Below, piece by piece: positions 8,223 through 18,257 of a DNA stretch of 64,000 bases; the stretch's first letter is position 1; every line of letters begins with the position of its first letter. The stretch covers positions 167,226 to 231,225 of the forward strand of contig CAZUKY010000001.1 in NCBI GenBank assembly GCA_964621085.1, given 5' to 3'. The position numbers and the translations under genes are program-made. The notes under the pieces are model-generated. The model saw only the letters and a list, made by a program, of their open reading frames with translations. It had not been told where the DNA came from and did not search any database. This stretch comes from an uncultured Gammaproteobacteria bacterium (GTDB taxonomy: Bacteria; Patescibacteriota; Patescibacteriia; JACQRZ01).

Positions 8223-9002
8223 TTAGTTCTGCGCCTTCTTTCTATTGAAGACTTCGCTTCGTATAAACAAGAAAGAAAAAACAACAACCGCATTCCAGAT
8301 CCGTCGCGCGCGGCGCGGCTGTCGAATGAGCCGGTACAGCCACTCAAGGCCGGATTTTCGAAGCCACGCTGGCGCATAGGAGGCCGTTCCTGCGAGGTAA
8401 TCGAAGGTTCCGCCGACGCCCATCGCTATTTTTACGGATGGAAACGCGTATCGGTTCCTCTCGATCCAGAGCTCTTGCTTCGGTGCGCCAAAGGCAACCA
8501 GCAGGATGTCGGGCGCGGCCGCACGGATGCGCTCTGCCAAGCCCGCGCCGGCATCTTGGCGCACATCTTCAGAAACCATCTCAGGTACTCCCTCCTCTGC
8601 CCCCGCAATGAGCAGGCCCGGATAAAGTGCCAGAAGCTTTTCTGCCGCCTTTTGCGCAACCCCGGGACCACCGCCGACAAGATACACCCGCCGTCCATGC
8701 ATGCTGGCCAGTTCCGAAAGAATGCGCGTGGCCTCAACTCCGGTGATTCTTTCGCAGGGCGCGCCGCGCGCGCGCGACCGAGCTGCCAGATACGTCCCAA
8801 AACCGTCAATCAACTGAAGCGCAGCGCCATTGAGGATGCGGCGAAATTCTTCGTTTTTCTGCGCTTCAACAATGAATTCCGGATTGACAGTGACGATTTG
8901 GCGAAATGTGTCCTTTCTCAACCATTCCCCAAGCAACTCACTGATAACGCGCCGCGATATGCAACTCAAACGAACGCCAAGAATCGAAACTTCTTTTATC
9001 AT
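8223..9002 (-). CDS. WecB/TagA/CpsF-family glycosyltransferase (UDP-ManNAc transferase type)
   Basis: Family hallmarks: LVGGGPGVAQKAAEKL ... FGAPKQELWIERN ... MGVGGTFDYLAG. Confidence 0.8.
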   Translation of the reverse strand: MIKEVSILGVRLSCISRRVISELLGEWLRKDTFRQIVTVNPEFIVEAQKNEEFRRILNGAALQLIDGFGTYLAARSRARGAPCERITGVEATRILSELASMHGRRVYLVGGGPGVAQKAAEKLLALYPGLLIAGAEEGVPEMVSEDVRQDAGAGLAERIRAAAPDILLVAFGAPKQELWIERNRYAFPSVKIAMGVGGTFDYLAGTASYAPAWLRKSGLEWLYRLIRQPRRARRIWNAVVVFSFLFIRSEVFNRKKAQN

Positions 9003-9159
9003 AAAATACTTTGAGACTGTGCGGAATATATCGGATAATACTTGTTATTTCAAGGCGTGCAGGGACACCTTCAGGATTTAAACGGGGTTTTTCCTCTTGA
9101 AGAGTTCGTATGAGTTGCTAGAGTGCACCCGGATCCCGCGCCATGAAAGGAGAACCGCG

Positions 9160-10149
9160 ATGTCGGCCGTGTCTGTCTCGCTGCCTCGAATCGACGTCGG
9201 CCCGATGATGGCCGGCGAGTTGCAACACCAGAATGTCAAGGAGATGGTGGATGCCCTCTCCTCCGGCATACCGCCGATACTGATCGGCGAGCACGACTTC
9301 CATCCGGATATCCTGGAGGACTTCCGGAACGCCGGCCATGAACTCGCCTCGCTCACGCCTGAGCAACTGGCCGAGCGCGATCTGATCGATCCCTTTCCGC
9401 TGCTTCGGCAAATTCGCGGCGTCTGCCCGTTCGGGATGGAGATGCGACCGGGTCAGCCAAAAACCCGGGCCGCCTTCTATCGCGCCGAGCGGATCGTGGA
9501 TGCCGAAAATCATCCTGATGCGCCTTTCCATCTAGCCCCGCTGCTCGGCAATCAAGAGTCGCGCTACCGGATGCGGTTCCTTCTCCTGGATTTCCAAAGC
9601 GCGGTCGAGAACTTCCTCACGCGGTACTACCGCGCGCTGAATGCGCACCTGACGCCGCAGGACAACGGGATCGCGACCGCATTCCTCCGCAAGGGCCGGT
9701 TCGACGGAATGCTCTCGCACCAAGCGATCTGGTATCCACCAGAGCTCTCGTTCGAGAGCGATCCGTTCGTCAATGCGGAGCACACGGACAGCTCCGAAAC
9801 GCCGCTCTACTTCGAGGACACGCAGGTCCTTCCGCCGAACGAAGAAAAGCAACCCTGGCTCTTCGTCCGGGTCGGAAGCGCGCTAGTCCCCGTCCTTCCC
9901 AAGCGAGGAGAGGTCGTCGCCGCGATCGGCAATGGCATGGAGGTGATCACGCGAGGGCAACTGAAGGCAACCCCGCATCTCGTTCAGGTGCCCAACGGCG
10001 GCGCGCGCGGCGGCCGGGTTGCCATCCAGGTATTCGCCGGCGCGCTGGCGACCTACCGACCGTGGCACAGCGACGATCCGCGCTGGCTTTCCGAATGGAC
10101 GCGCTACGAGTACACCATGAGGATCATGGCCCAAAACGCCGGCCTCTAG
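9160..10149 (+). CDS. 2-oxoglutarate/Fe(II)-dependent oxygenase-like protein (ORF opens at 9097; RBS-supported start at 9160)
   Basis: Possible HxD...H...RxxxxxF facial-triad arrangement (EHTDSSE ... TPHLVQVP ... RVAIQVF). AAAGGAG RBS 7 nt before the ATG at 9160. G+C visibly higher than neighbouring genes. Confidence 0.45.
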   Translation: MSAVSVSLPRIDVGPMMAGELQHQNVKEMVDALSSGIPPILIGEHDFHPDILEDFRNAGHELASLTPEQLAERDLIDPFPLLRQIRGVCPFGMEMRPGQPKTRAAFYRAERIVDAENHPDAPFHLAPLLGNQESRYRMRFLLLDFQSAVENFLTRYYRALNAHLTPQDNGIATAFLRKGRFDGMLSHQAIWYPPELSFESDPFVNAEHTDSSETPLYFEDTQVLPPNEEKQPWLFVRVGSALVPVLPKRGEVVAAIGNGMEVITRGQLKATPHLVQVPNGGARGGRVAIQVFAGALATYRPWHSDDPRWLSEWTRYEYTMRIMAQNAGL

Positions 10150-10369
10150 GGCTCATCTGCCATCCTCCTGCTCTGCAGGGGGGTGGCGATTTTTTTTCAT
10201 ACGGCCCTTGCAGTCGAAACCTCTGCACTCCTTCTATTGTTTAATGGTTGTATGCTCGAAAATATAATCCTACTCAATAAGGAGATGGGTCCGCCCGAGT
10301 ATACAAGCACGCAATACCGTCGTATACTATAGTAAAAGGAAAATTCTAGAAACGATGGGTCAATCGACC

Positions 10370-10398
10370 TTGACATCTGAAGCTATTTTCCCTACGAT
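10370..10398 (+). promoter_or_regulatory. Sigma70-like promoter for clpB (TTGACA, 17 nt spacer, TACGAT)
   Basis: Hexamers read directly: -35 at 10370-10375, -10 at 10393-10398. Sits immediately upstream of the CIRCE element. Confidence 0.5.
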
Positions 10399-10399
10399 A

Positions 10400-10426
10400 T
10401 TAGCACTCAGATAATTTAAGTGCTAA
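10400..10426 (+). promoter_or_regulatory. CIRCE operator (HrcA binding site): TTAGCACTC-N9-AAGTGCTAA
   Basis: Left arm identical to the consensus TTAGCACTC. A 9-nt spacer. Right arm differs from GAGTGCTAA by one base. Positioned between the promoter and the clpB start. Confidence 0.7.
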
Positions 10427-10477
10427 ACTCTTTTACAGCGTCTTCTTCGCGGCCACTGGCCGTTGGTATACACTCCT

Positions 10478-13111
10478 ATGTTCAACAATAACTTTACCAC
10501 CCGCGCCCAGGATGCTCTCCAATCAGCGCACATGCTTGCGCTCGAACGCAATCATCAGGAGCTCACGGCGCTTCACCTTCTCCTTGCTCTGCTCCGCCAG
10601 GGCGAGGGCATTGTCGTGAGCCTGCTTTCGAAACTGGAAATCAACAGCCGCGCGCTCGAGGGCCAGATTGCCGAAGAGCTCGAGTTCTTGCCGCGCACCC
10701 TCTCTTCTTCCGGAGGACAGATCTATATCTCCAAGGAAATCGCCCAGGTGCTCAACCAGGCGAATAAGGAGGCGAAAAATATCGGCGACGAGTACATCAG
10801 CACCGAACACTTGTTCCTCGCCCTTATAGAAACCCCGTCGAGCGTCCAGCGGATCCTGCAGGATTACCGCGTCGACTACAATACGATTCTCAAAACCCTG
10901 GCGCAGCTCCGCGGCACGCAGCGCGTCACCGATCCTGATCCCGAGAGCAAGTACCAGGCGCTTGCAAAGTATGCCGTCAACCTGACCGATCAGGCGCGCC
11001 AAGAAAAGCTTGATCCGGTCATCGGACGCGATGAGGAAATCCGTCGTGTCATTCAGGTGCTCTCGCGGCGCACGAAGAACAACCCGGTCCTTATCGGCGA
11101 AGCGGGCGTTGGAAAGACGGCCATTGTCGAGGGACTGGCCCAGCGCATCGTCTCAGGCGACGTCCCTGAGTCATTGAAAGATAAGGAGATCCTTGCGCTC
11201 GACCTGGGCGCGCTGATTGCCGGCACGAAGTTCCGCGGCGATTTCGAAGATCGCTTGAAAGCCGTCTTGAAAGAAATCGCGCAGAGCAGCGGCAACATTA
11301 TTCTCTTTGTCGACGAGCTTCATACGATCGTCGGCGCGGGCGGCGCTGACGGCGCGATCGACGCGTCCAACATGCTCAAACCCGCTCTTGCGCGCGGCGA
11401 GCTGCGGACGGTCGGCGCAACCACCCTCAAGGAATACCAGCAGCATATTGAAAAAGACGCGGCATTCGAACGCCGCTTCCAGCCCGTCATGGTGTCCGAA
11501 CCGTCAGTCGACGATACGATCGCCATCTTGCGCGGCATCAAAGAAAAATACGAGATCCATCACGGCGTCCGCATCACCGATGCCGCGATCGTTTCGGCGG
11601 CAAACCTCTCGCACCGCTACATCTCCGATCGCTTCCTGCCAGACAAGGCCATCGACCTGATTGACGAAGCGACATCGGCCATCCGCCTCCAGATCGACAG
11701 CCAGCCGGTCGAGCTCGACCAGTTCAAGCGCAACATTCTCAAGCTTGAGATCGAAAAACGCGCATTGCAGAAAGAAGAAGACAAGCAGTCCAAGACCCGC
11801 CTGAAAGAGCTGCAAAAAGAACTGGCGGAGTTGCAGGAGCAGGCCAATAAGCTTGAGGTTGATTGGAAGACGGAAAAAGAGATGATTTCAGAAATCCGCA
11901 CAATCCGTTCGCAGATCGAACGCCTCCGCCAGGAAGCCGATATTGCCGAACGCCGCGTCGACCTTTCCAAGGTTGCCGAGATTCGCTACGGCAAGATTCC
12001 CGAGCTGGAAAAAAACCTCAAAAAGACCATCACGAAGCTCGCCACCTTGCAAAAGAAGCACCGCTTCCTCCGCGAAGAAGTAACAGAAGAGGATGTGGCA
12101 AGTGTTGTTGCGCGCTGGACCGGCATACCCGCCTTCAAGATCATGGAAAGCGAGGCGGAAAAACTCAAGAACGCCGAACAGCAACTCGCAACGCGCGTTA
12201 TCGGACAGGATGAGGCGATCCGCGCGATCGCAAGCGCCCTGCGCCGCGCACGCGCCGGACTCTCCGAGGAGCAGCAGCCGATCGGCTCGTTCATCTTCGT
12301 CGGACCGACCGGTATCGGAAAAACCGAACTTGCCCGCGCGCTCGCGAACTTCATGTTCAACGACGACAATGCGCTGATTCGAATCGATATGAGCGAGCTT
12401 GGAGAAAAGCACTCGGTCTCGCGTCTTATCGGCTCCCCTCCCGGTTACGTTGGATATGAGGAAGGCGGCCAGCTGACCGAAAAGGTCCGCCGCAAGCCCT
12501 ACAGCGTCGTGCTCTTCGATGAGATCGAAAAAGCGCACCCCGAAATCTTCAACACGTTGCTTCAAATCCTTGATGACGGACACGTAACCGATGCCAAGGG
12601 GCGCAAGGTCAACTTCAAGAACACGATCATCATCATGACCTCCAACCTCGGCGGCGACTTGATCCGCGAGGGCGGCATCGGATTTGCCGAAGACCGGGAT
12701 CGTCGAATGGTCAACGAACAAGAATTGAACAAAGGCATCAACGAGATCATGCGAAAATCATTCAAGCCCGAGTTCCTGAACCGCATTACCGAGATCATTG
12801 TCTTCCATCCCCTCGGCGAGAAAGAGATCGGCCAGATCGTTCATCTGCAACTCGAGAAAGTCAAAGAGCGCATGAAGAAGCAAGATATCACCGTCGAATT
12901 TACCGATGCGCTCGTCGACCTGATCCGCACGCGCGGATTCGATCCGCTCTACGGCGCGCGGCCGCTGCGGCGCACGATTCAGACCCTCATCCTCAATCCG
13001 CTCGCAATGGATATCATCGAGGGCAAGGTAAAAGAGGGCGATACGATTACTATCGACTCGGATCCGCACACCGAAAAAGTAACGATCAACGCCCTTGCGC
13101 ATTCGGCTTAA
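10478..13111 (+). CDS. clpB: ATP-dependent chaperone ClpB (ORF opens at 10463; MFNNNF start preferred)
   Basis: Two AAA+ modules with Walker A GEAGVGKT and GPTGIGKT, a long middle coiled coil, and the N-domain signature [12 protein letters not shown]. Confidence 0.95.
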   Translation: MFNNNFTTRAQDALQSAHMLALERNHQELTALHLLLALLRQGEGIVVSLLSKLEINSRALEGQIAEELEFLPRTLSSSGGQIYISKEIAQVLNQANKEAKNIGDEYISTEHLFLALIETPSSVQRILQDYRVDYNTILKTLAQLRGTQRVTDPDPESKYQALAKYAVNLTDQARQEKLDPVIGRDEEIRRVIQVLSRRTKNNPVLIGEAGVGKTAIVEGLAQRIVSGDVPESLKDKEILALDLGALIAGTKFRGDFEDRLKAVLKEIAQSSGNIILFVDELHTIVGAGGADGAIDASNMLKPALARGELRTVGATTLKEYQQHIEKDAAFERRFQPVMVSEPSVDDTIAILRGIKEKYEIHHGVRITDAAIVSAANLSHRYISDRFLPDKAIDLIDEATSAIRLQIDSQPVELDQFKRNILKLEIEKRALQKEEDKQSKTRLKELQKELAELQEQANKLEVDWKTEKEMISEIRTIRSQIERLRQEADIAERRVDLSKVAEIRYGKIPELEKNLKKTITKLATLQKKHRFLREEVTEEDVASVVARWTGIPAFKIMESEAEKLKNAEQQLATRVIGQDEAIRAIASALRRARAGLSEEQQPIGSFIFVGPTGIGKTELARALANFMFNDDNALIRIDMSELGEKHSVSRLIGSPPGYVGYEEGGQLTEKVRRKPYSVVLFDEIEKAHPEIFNTLLQILDDGHVTDAKGRKVNFKNTIIIMTSNLGGDLIREGGIGFAEDRDRRMVNEQELNKGINEIMRKSFKPEFLNRITEIIVFHPLGEKEIGQIVHLQLEKVKERMKKQDITVEFTDALVDLIRTRGFDPLYGARPLRRTIQTLILNPLAMDIIEGKVKEGDTITIDSDPHTEKVTINALAHSA

Positions 13112-13137
13112 TTCAAATAGCACCTGTGAAGCGAAAG

Positions 13138-13172
13138 AAGGCGGTCCCCAGAATTGGGGGGCCGCCTTTTAT
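13138..13172 (+). terminator. Rho-independent terminator after clpB
   Basis: aaggcggtcccc / ggggggccgcctt 12-bp GC stem with a 6-nt loop, then TTTTAT. Confidence 0.7.
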
Positions 13173-13276
13173 GCTGTACTGAGAACTCGACATAGCCTCC
13201 CGCGACGATTGTAACGACTTAAAGCCCTTTTTAACCCCATCTTTTCAGAGAGCGCTGTTTTTGCTAGTATTCAACC

Positions 13277-14704
13277 ATGAAGCGTCTCGTCGGAATCCTT
13301 ATTACCACGAGCTTTTTTTTGAACATTCTTCTGCCCACAAGCGCAGGAGCGCTTTCGTTTAATCCGAACAACATCATCTCGGATTATGATTTTTTCAATA
13401 CTGACGACCTTTCACTGAAGGAGATTCAGCGCTTTCTTGAGAGGCGCAATTCCGCATTAGCGACATACACGGCATTCGATAAAGACGGGCAGCTGCGAAG
13501 TGCCGCCGAGATCATTCATCGGGCAAGTCAAACGCACGGGATCAACCCGAAAGTTCTCCTCACGCTTCTCCAAAAAGAACAAAGCCTGATCGAAAAATCA
13601 CGGCCCTCCCAATACGGTCTCGACTGGGCGACCGGCTATGCCGTGTGCGACGGCTGTTCCCTTTCCGACCCCCGCGTCACCGCCTTTAAGGGATTTGCCA
13701 CGCAAGTCGATCGCGCGGCGTGGCAAAAGAAAAAATACGCCGAGTCTCCGCAAAGCTTCACCTACCGTGCCGGAAAAACTGGACGGGTCGATGGGATGAC
13801 CGTCACGCCGGCGAACGCGGCCACCGCGGCGCTGTACAACTATACCCCGCACATCAGCGGCAACCAGAGCTTTTGGAAGATCTGGATGCGATTCTTCGGG
13901 AAGCAGTTCCCTGACGGCACCGTCGTTAAAGATGCCGATACGGACACGCTCTGGCTGATCGCAAACGGCGCGCGCAAGAAGTTTGCGTCCGTCGGGGCAT
14001 TCCTCTCGCGCTACGCTCTCGGCCAGCTGATTATCGCCAGTCCCAGCGACCTGGACGCTTATCCGATTGCCGGCGAAATTCGCTTCCACCAGTACTCGCT
14101 CCTGCAAGCTCCCAACGGCGCAGTATTCCTCTACGCCGACGACATGAAGTACGGCATTGTCTCGAAAGAAGTATTCCGCTCGCTCGGCTACAATCCAGCA
14201 GAAATCATCCGCGTCTCCCACGGCGAACTTGATGCGCTCGAGACCGGCGGTGTCATCATGAGCGCAAATGCCAGTCCGGCCGGAGAACTGATCCAAAACA
14301 AAAAAACCGGCGCCGTTTGGCATCGCATCGGAGACGCCGTTCACCCAATCTTGGAACGCGCGGTCTTACGCACACGCTTTGCGCATCAGAAAATCCGGCC
14401 AGCCAGCCCGGATGAGATCACATCGCGCATCCTGGCCGAACCGGTTGTCTTTCCGGACGGGACCCTCATCACTGAGCCAGGCAATCCCGCCGTCTACATT
14501 ATTTCGAATGGAGAACGCCGCCCATTTCTTTCCGAAGAGGCGTTCCTCGCGCTTGGGTACAGCTGGTCGCAGGTCATACCAACAACGGGCAAGACGTTAA
14601 ATCTCCATCCGCTCGGCGAGTCCATCGATATCGGCCGTACTCTGTACGGAGACGCAGAAAGCCCCATCGCAGCCGCGAGTGCCGACGAAACCCCGAATAG
14701 ATAA
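13277..14704 (+). CDS. Secreted protein with N-terminal signal peptide, hypothetical (possibly a cell-wall hydrolase-like protein)
   Basis: Signal peptide MKRLVGILITTSFFLNILLPTSAGA. Weak resemblance of HGINPKVLLTLLQKEQSL to the glucosaminidase-type motif in FlgJ-like proteins. Speculative. Confidence 0.6.
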   Translation: MKRLVGILITTSFFLNILLPTSAGALSFNPNNIISDYDFFNTDDLSLKEIQRFLERRNSALATYTAFDKDGQLRSAAEIIHRASQTHGINPKVLLTLLQKEQSLIEKSRPSQYGLDWATGYAVCDGCSLSDPRVTAFKGFATQVDRAAWQKKKYAESPQSFTYRAGKTGRVDGMTVTPANAATAALYNYTPHISGNQSFWKIWMRFFGKQFPDGTVVKDADTDTLWLIANGARKKFASVGAFLSRYALGQLIIASPSDLDAYPIAGEIRFHQYSLLQAPNGAVFLYADDMKYGIVSKEVFRSLGYNPAEIIRVSHGELDALETGGVIMSANASPAGELIQNKKTGAVWHRIGDAVHPILERAVLRTRFAHQKIRPASPDEITSRILAEPVVFPDGTLITEPGNPAVYIISNGERRPFLSEEAFLALGYSWSQVIPTTGKTLNLHPLGESIDIGRTLYGDAESPIAAASADETPNR

Positions 14705-14708
14705 CCCT

Positions 14709-15500
14709 ATGCCTCTTACCTACGGATGCATCGTTCCGCATGCACCTATCCTCCTTCCCTCGGTCGGAAAGGAGCATTTCGCGCGCCTCGAGCAAACGAT
14801 CTCCTCATTAAAAAAAATCAACGCTTCACTGAAAGAACGAAATCCTGAAACGGTATTCGTCATCGCGCCGCAAGACGAACAAAAGCCGCGGAAGCAGTTC
14901 TTCCTCCATGTCGCGCCCAAATATACCGCGACATTCGCCCAGTTCGGCGACCTGATAACCTCCCTCTCATTTGAATCTGATCCCGTTTTGGCCGATCAGA
15001 TAAAAAACAAGTTGATCGATGAAGGATTTCCAACGATCTATGCGACTGATACGGACCTTGATTACAGCGCAGCCGTGCCGCTTGTGCATATCCTGGACGG
15101 CATTCGGGCAAAGCTCGTTGTTCTCAATCCTGCCGAAAGCTCATCGCTGCGCAAGCAGTTCGAGTGCGGCAAAGTCGTGCAACGGATACTGCAAGAATCG
15201 GGAAAGCGGATCGCCGTTGTGGCGGCTGGCGATGTGTCCCATCGCGACTTGGCCAAAGATGCGCCCGATACCTCCGCTGCTGCGCATTTCGAAGAAGAGT
15301 TTCTTCACCTTCTGCGTGCCGAAAAAATAAAAAAAATTACCGGCTTTCCGCTTGCCGCCGTGCACGAAGCCCAAAGTTGCGGCATGCCCGCTTTTTCGCT
15401 GCTGTTCGGGATTTTGGAAAACATGCGGTACGAGCAAAATATCCTTTCGTTCGAATCCCCACTCGGCGTCGGCCATGCGGTCGCAGAATATACGTTTTAG
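14709..15500 (+). CDS. Class III extradiol dioxygenase / LigB-Memo superfamily protein (ORF opens at 14679)
   Basis: N-terminal GCIVPHAPILLP resembles the HGSP metal-site motif of the YgiD/LigB family. About 260 aa. Confidence 0.45.
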   Translation: MPLTYGCIVPHAPILLPSVGKEHFARLEQTISSLKKINASLKERNPETVFVIAPQDEQKPRKQFFLHVAPKYTATFAQFGDLITSLSFESDPVLADQIKNKLIDEGFPTIYATDTDLDYSAAVPLVHILDGIRAKLVVLNPAESSSLRKQFECGKVVQRILQESGKRIAVVAAGDVSHRDLAKDAPDTSAAAHFEEEFLHLLRAEKIKKITGFPLAAVHEAQSCGMPAFSLLFGILENMRYEQNILSFESPLGVGHAVAEYTF

Positions 15501-15526
15501 AACGTTTGCCCTCCTCTCCCACAATC

Positions 15527-17389
15527 ATGGTCTGCCGCATTATACCTCTCATCCGACTGCCGCAGCGTCTTGGGATTTTTGACTACGCGATTCCGGACGC
15601 TCTTCGGTCTGATGTGCGGGTCGGCAGCTGTGTTGAGATTCCTTTTCGAAAAAAAACCATAGAGGGCATCGTGTGTGCCCTCGAGCAAGACGAACTTACG
15701 AAACACGAAAAAAAGACACTGAAAGAAGTTATCCGTCTCATTCCTGATCGCTCGCTTTTACGGGAAGACGTTGATCTGATTCTCTGGATGTCTCGCACGT
15801 ATATTTGTTCGCCGGCGACGGTTTTGCGAATGATGCTCGGGACTGAGTTGAAAAGAAAGAGAGGAGAACAGTCGACAGTCGTGATGCATCCCGAATCGAA
15901 AGTCCGTATTGCGATACCCGAACCGGCCGTCTCCAACCTCAAAGACGCATTTGAGGCGATACTGGCCGACCAGCGCGTCCTCTTCCGTCCGGCGTACGCG
16001 GACGATCGCATCCTCTTGTATGCCAAGATGACAGCGACGACGCGTCAAAAAAAAGAACAGTGCCTTATCATCACGCCGACGCTTGCCGAGATGCGCTATC
16101 TTGCTGTCCGGTTGGCTGCCTATATTGAAGAATCAGCGATTCTCTGGCATCACTTCTCTTCGATGCGCGCACGAGATGCCGCTGAGCGCGCCTGTCGCGA
16201 CGGAAGCGCGCCGCTTGTCATCGGCACGCGTGGCGCTGCCGCACTTCCCTTCAAAAAGCTTGGCGCGGTCATCGTCGATCGCGCGGAATCCTGGGATCTG
16301 AAAAATTTCGACCAACATCCCCGCTATGATGCGCGCGACATCGCGCTCTATCGCGCGCGCACGAGCGGCATTCCGATCGTTTTTTGCAGCCACGCGCCGC
16401 GCATGGAAGATTATGCCGCTTCTGGCAATGGCGAGTTCAGCTATCGTGATGCGAGCACGGCATGGGAGTCTCATACCGTGCATCTTGGAGACGAACGAAG
16501 AAAGGGATTTCCGCCCCTTCTCAGCGAAGCGCTGTGCGCAGCGCTGAAACGGTGTGCCGAAGCGAAAAAAACTGCTGTCATTTTTCTCAATCGTAAAGGT
16601 ACCAGCCGGCTTGTTGTCTGCAAAGAATGCGAACACGTCTTTTCCTGTCTCGCTTGCAAGAACCTCCGCGCCTTTTTCGCCAAAGAAAACATTCTCGTTT
16701 GCGCCGCGTGCGCTCGCGTAGAAAAACTGCCCGCCCGCTGCCCGTCATGCAGAAGTACGGACTTCGCCTTCCTCGGAACCGGTTCGCAGAAACTCGCAGA
16801 GCATGTGCGAGAGATTACAGAACTCCCGGTCGTGGAAATTACGAAAGATGCGCCCGCTGCTCCAGTGCCGCAACCAGCCGTAGTAATCGCGACAAGCGCA
16901 CTGATGAGCAGATATCCGGAACTATGCGCACGTGCCGACTGTGTCGCGATTGCTCTCGCCGATCCGCTGCCGTCAAAAGAAGATTTTCGCTCCCTAGAAA
17001 CGCAATGGCAAACCTTTGCTGATATCCTTTATCGAGCGCCGCGATCCGCGAAACGCATTATCCAATCTTATGACCCGCTCCAGCCATTCGTCCAAGCGCT
17101 TGCAAAAAACGATTACGAGACTATGGCAAGACGCATTCTCGAGGAGAGGACGCGCTACGGCTGGCCGCCGGCAACGCGACTGATCCGCGTGCTGGTCAAA
17201 AAAAACGATGCGCGCGCAATTGCCCGATCCCTCGAGGTGGCATGCGCAGCAGGTGAAGAGATCGAGCGGGTGCGTGAAGGCGCAATCGTTATTAAAATGA
17301 AATCGAGCGATCCATCCGCACGTCTGAAATCAGCACTTGAAACACTTCCCGAAGGGTGTTTCGTTGACAACGATCCTATTGTGCTATAG
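15527..17389 (+). CDS. priA: Primosomal protein N' (PriA) homolog with degenerate Walker A and Walker B (ORF opens at 15164 inside the previous gene; Met at 15527 preferred)
   Basis: The helicase core aligns with E. coli PriA. LLHGVTGSGKTEVYL is replaced by ILLYAKMTATTRQKK, and VIVIDEEHD by AVIVDRAES. Cys-rich zinc region CKECEHVFSCLACKN...CAACARV...CPSCRS is retained. Confidence 0.75.
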   Translation: MVCRIIPLIRLPQRLGIFDYAIPDALRSDVRVGSCVEIPFRKKTIEGIVCALEQDELTKHEKKTLKEVIRLIPDRSLLREDVDLILWMSRTYICSPATVLRMMLGTELKRKRGEQSTVVMHPESKVRIAIPEPAVSNLKDAFEAILADQRVLFRPAYADDRILLYAKMTATTRQKKEQCLIITPTLAEMRYLAVRLAAYIEESAILWHHFSSMRARDAAERACRDGSAPLVIGTRGAAALPFKKLGAVIVDRAESWDLKNFDQHPRYDARDIALYRARTSGIPIVFCSHAPRMEDYAASGNGEFSYRDASTAWESHTVHLGDERRKGFPPLLSEALCAALKRCAEAKKTAVIFLNRKGTSRLVVCKECEHVFSCLACKNLRAFFAKENILVCAACARVEKLPARCPSCRSTDFAFLGTGSQKLAEHVREITELPVVEITKDAPAAPVPQPAVVIATSALMSRYPELCARADCVAIALADPLPSKEDFRSLETQWQTFADILYRAPRSAKRIIQSYDPLQPFVQALAKNDYETMARRILEERTRYGWPPATRLIRVLVKKNDARAIARSLEVACAAGEEIERVREGAIVIKMKSSDPSARLKSALETLPEGCFVDNDPIVL

Positions 17390-17419
17390 TTTTAGTGTCT
17401 CCATTTACATGGTCTTCCT

Positions 17420-17914
17420 ATGACTCTTCCTGTTATCACCGAGGGAAATCCGATCCTTCGCGCGCGCGCCGCCGAGGTTGCAGACTGCGCAGATCCGGAT
17501 ATCCAAAAACTGATCGATGACATGATCCCGACCATGTATGAAAAAGACGGGATCGGACTTGCTGCCCCGCAAGTCGGCGCAAGCGTGCGCATCGCCGTCA
17601 TCGTGCCGGATCCGGAGCGCTTTGAGGACTTCCGATACTCGAGAACGGCACTCGTTCTCATCAATCCGACGATCGTTCGCCACTCATGGCGAATGGAATC
17701 GGGAGAAGAGGGCTGTTTATCCGTTCCAAATATGTACGGGCAGGTGCGCCGATGGAAAAGCCTCACGGCCACCTACCTCGACCGCGACGGCACCCATCAA
17801 ACAATACGCGCAAAGGGACTCATGGCACGCGTCATTCAGCATGAGATCGACCACCTCAACGGCATTCTTTTTATCGACAAGGCGAAAAACACCTACCGCA
17901 TCCGACCGTCCTAA
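17420..17914 (+). CDS. def: Peptide deformylase
   Basis: Motifs GIGLAAPQVG, EGCLSVP and HEIDHLNG. Confidence 0.9.
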   Translation: MTLPVITEGNPILRARAAEVADCADPDIQKLIDDMIPTMYEKDGIGLAAPQVGASVRIAVIVPDPERFEDFRYSRTALVLINPTIVRHSWRMESGEEGCLSVPNMYGQVRRWKSLTATYLDRDGTHQTIRAKGLMARVIQHEIDHLNGILFIDKAKNTYRIRPS

Positions 17915-18243
17915 CTGTTTTTTGATCTCTCTTCTATTTTTTTTGCATCGCTTGCAAGCATCGCATTCCATGCAGCTGCAAGATCGATGTTCAGCTCGTG
18001 GGCGATAAAGAGCGTTTCTGCCATGATGTCTGCGAGCTCGTCTGCAAGTTTCTCTTTTATTTCTTCCTCGTTCAATCCCTCAGCATAGCGATAGCCCTTC
18101 AACTGAAGGATACGCTTCGTCAGGTTGCCAATCTGGTATTGCAGATCTTGCGCTGCAATCTCATACGTCCAGGTTTTCGTCCCCTGCCTATCGTATTCCT
18201 TGAACATGCGAACGATCTGCTCGGTCATTGTTTTGATGTCCAT
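17911..18243 (-). CDS. MazG-like nucleoside-triphosphate pyrophosphohydrolase (all-alpha NTP-PPase), small form
   Basis: 110 aa with an EExxE/D-type helical core (EEEIKEKLADELADI). Convergent 4-nt overlap with def. Confidence 0.55.
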   Translation of the reverse strand: MDIKTMTEQIVRMFKEYDRQGTKTWTYEIAAQDLQYQIGNLTKRILQLKGYRYAEGLNEEEIKEKLADELADIMAETLFIAHELNIDLAAAWNAMLASDAKKIEERSKNS

Positions 18244-18257
18244 ATACGAGGAAGGGG

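Noticed and set aside
7809-9014. 401-aa plus-strand ORF spanning tsaB and the wecB-like gene
   Set aside because: It is antisense to two genes with clear family motifs, and no homology was recognised.
15164-15526. N-terminal 121-codon extension of the priA ORF
   Set aside because: It overlaps the preceding LigB-like gene in another frame and is Arg/Cys-rich nonsense. The PriA N-terminal motif begins at the Met at 15527.
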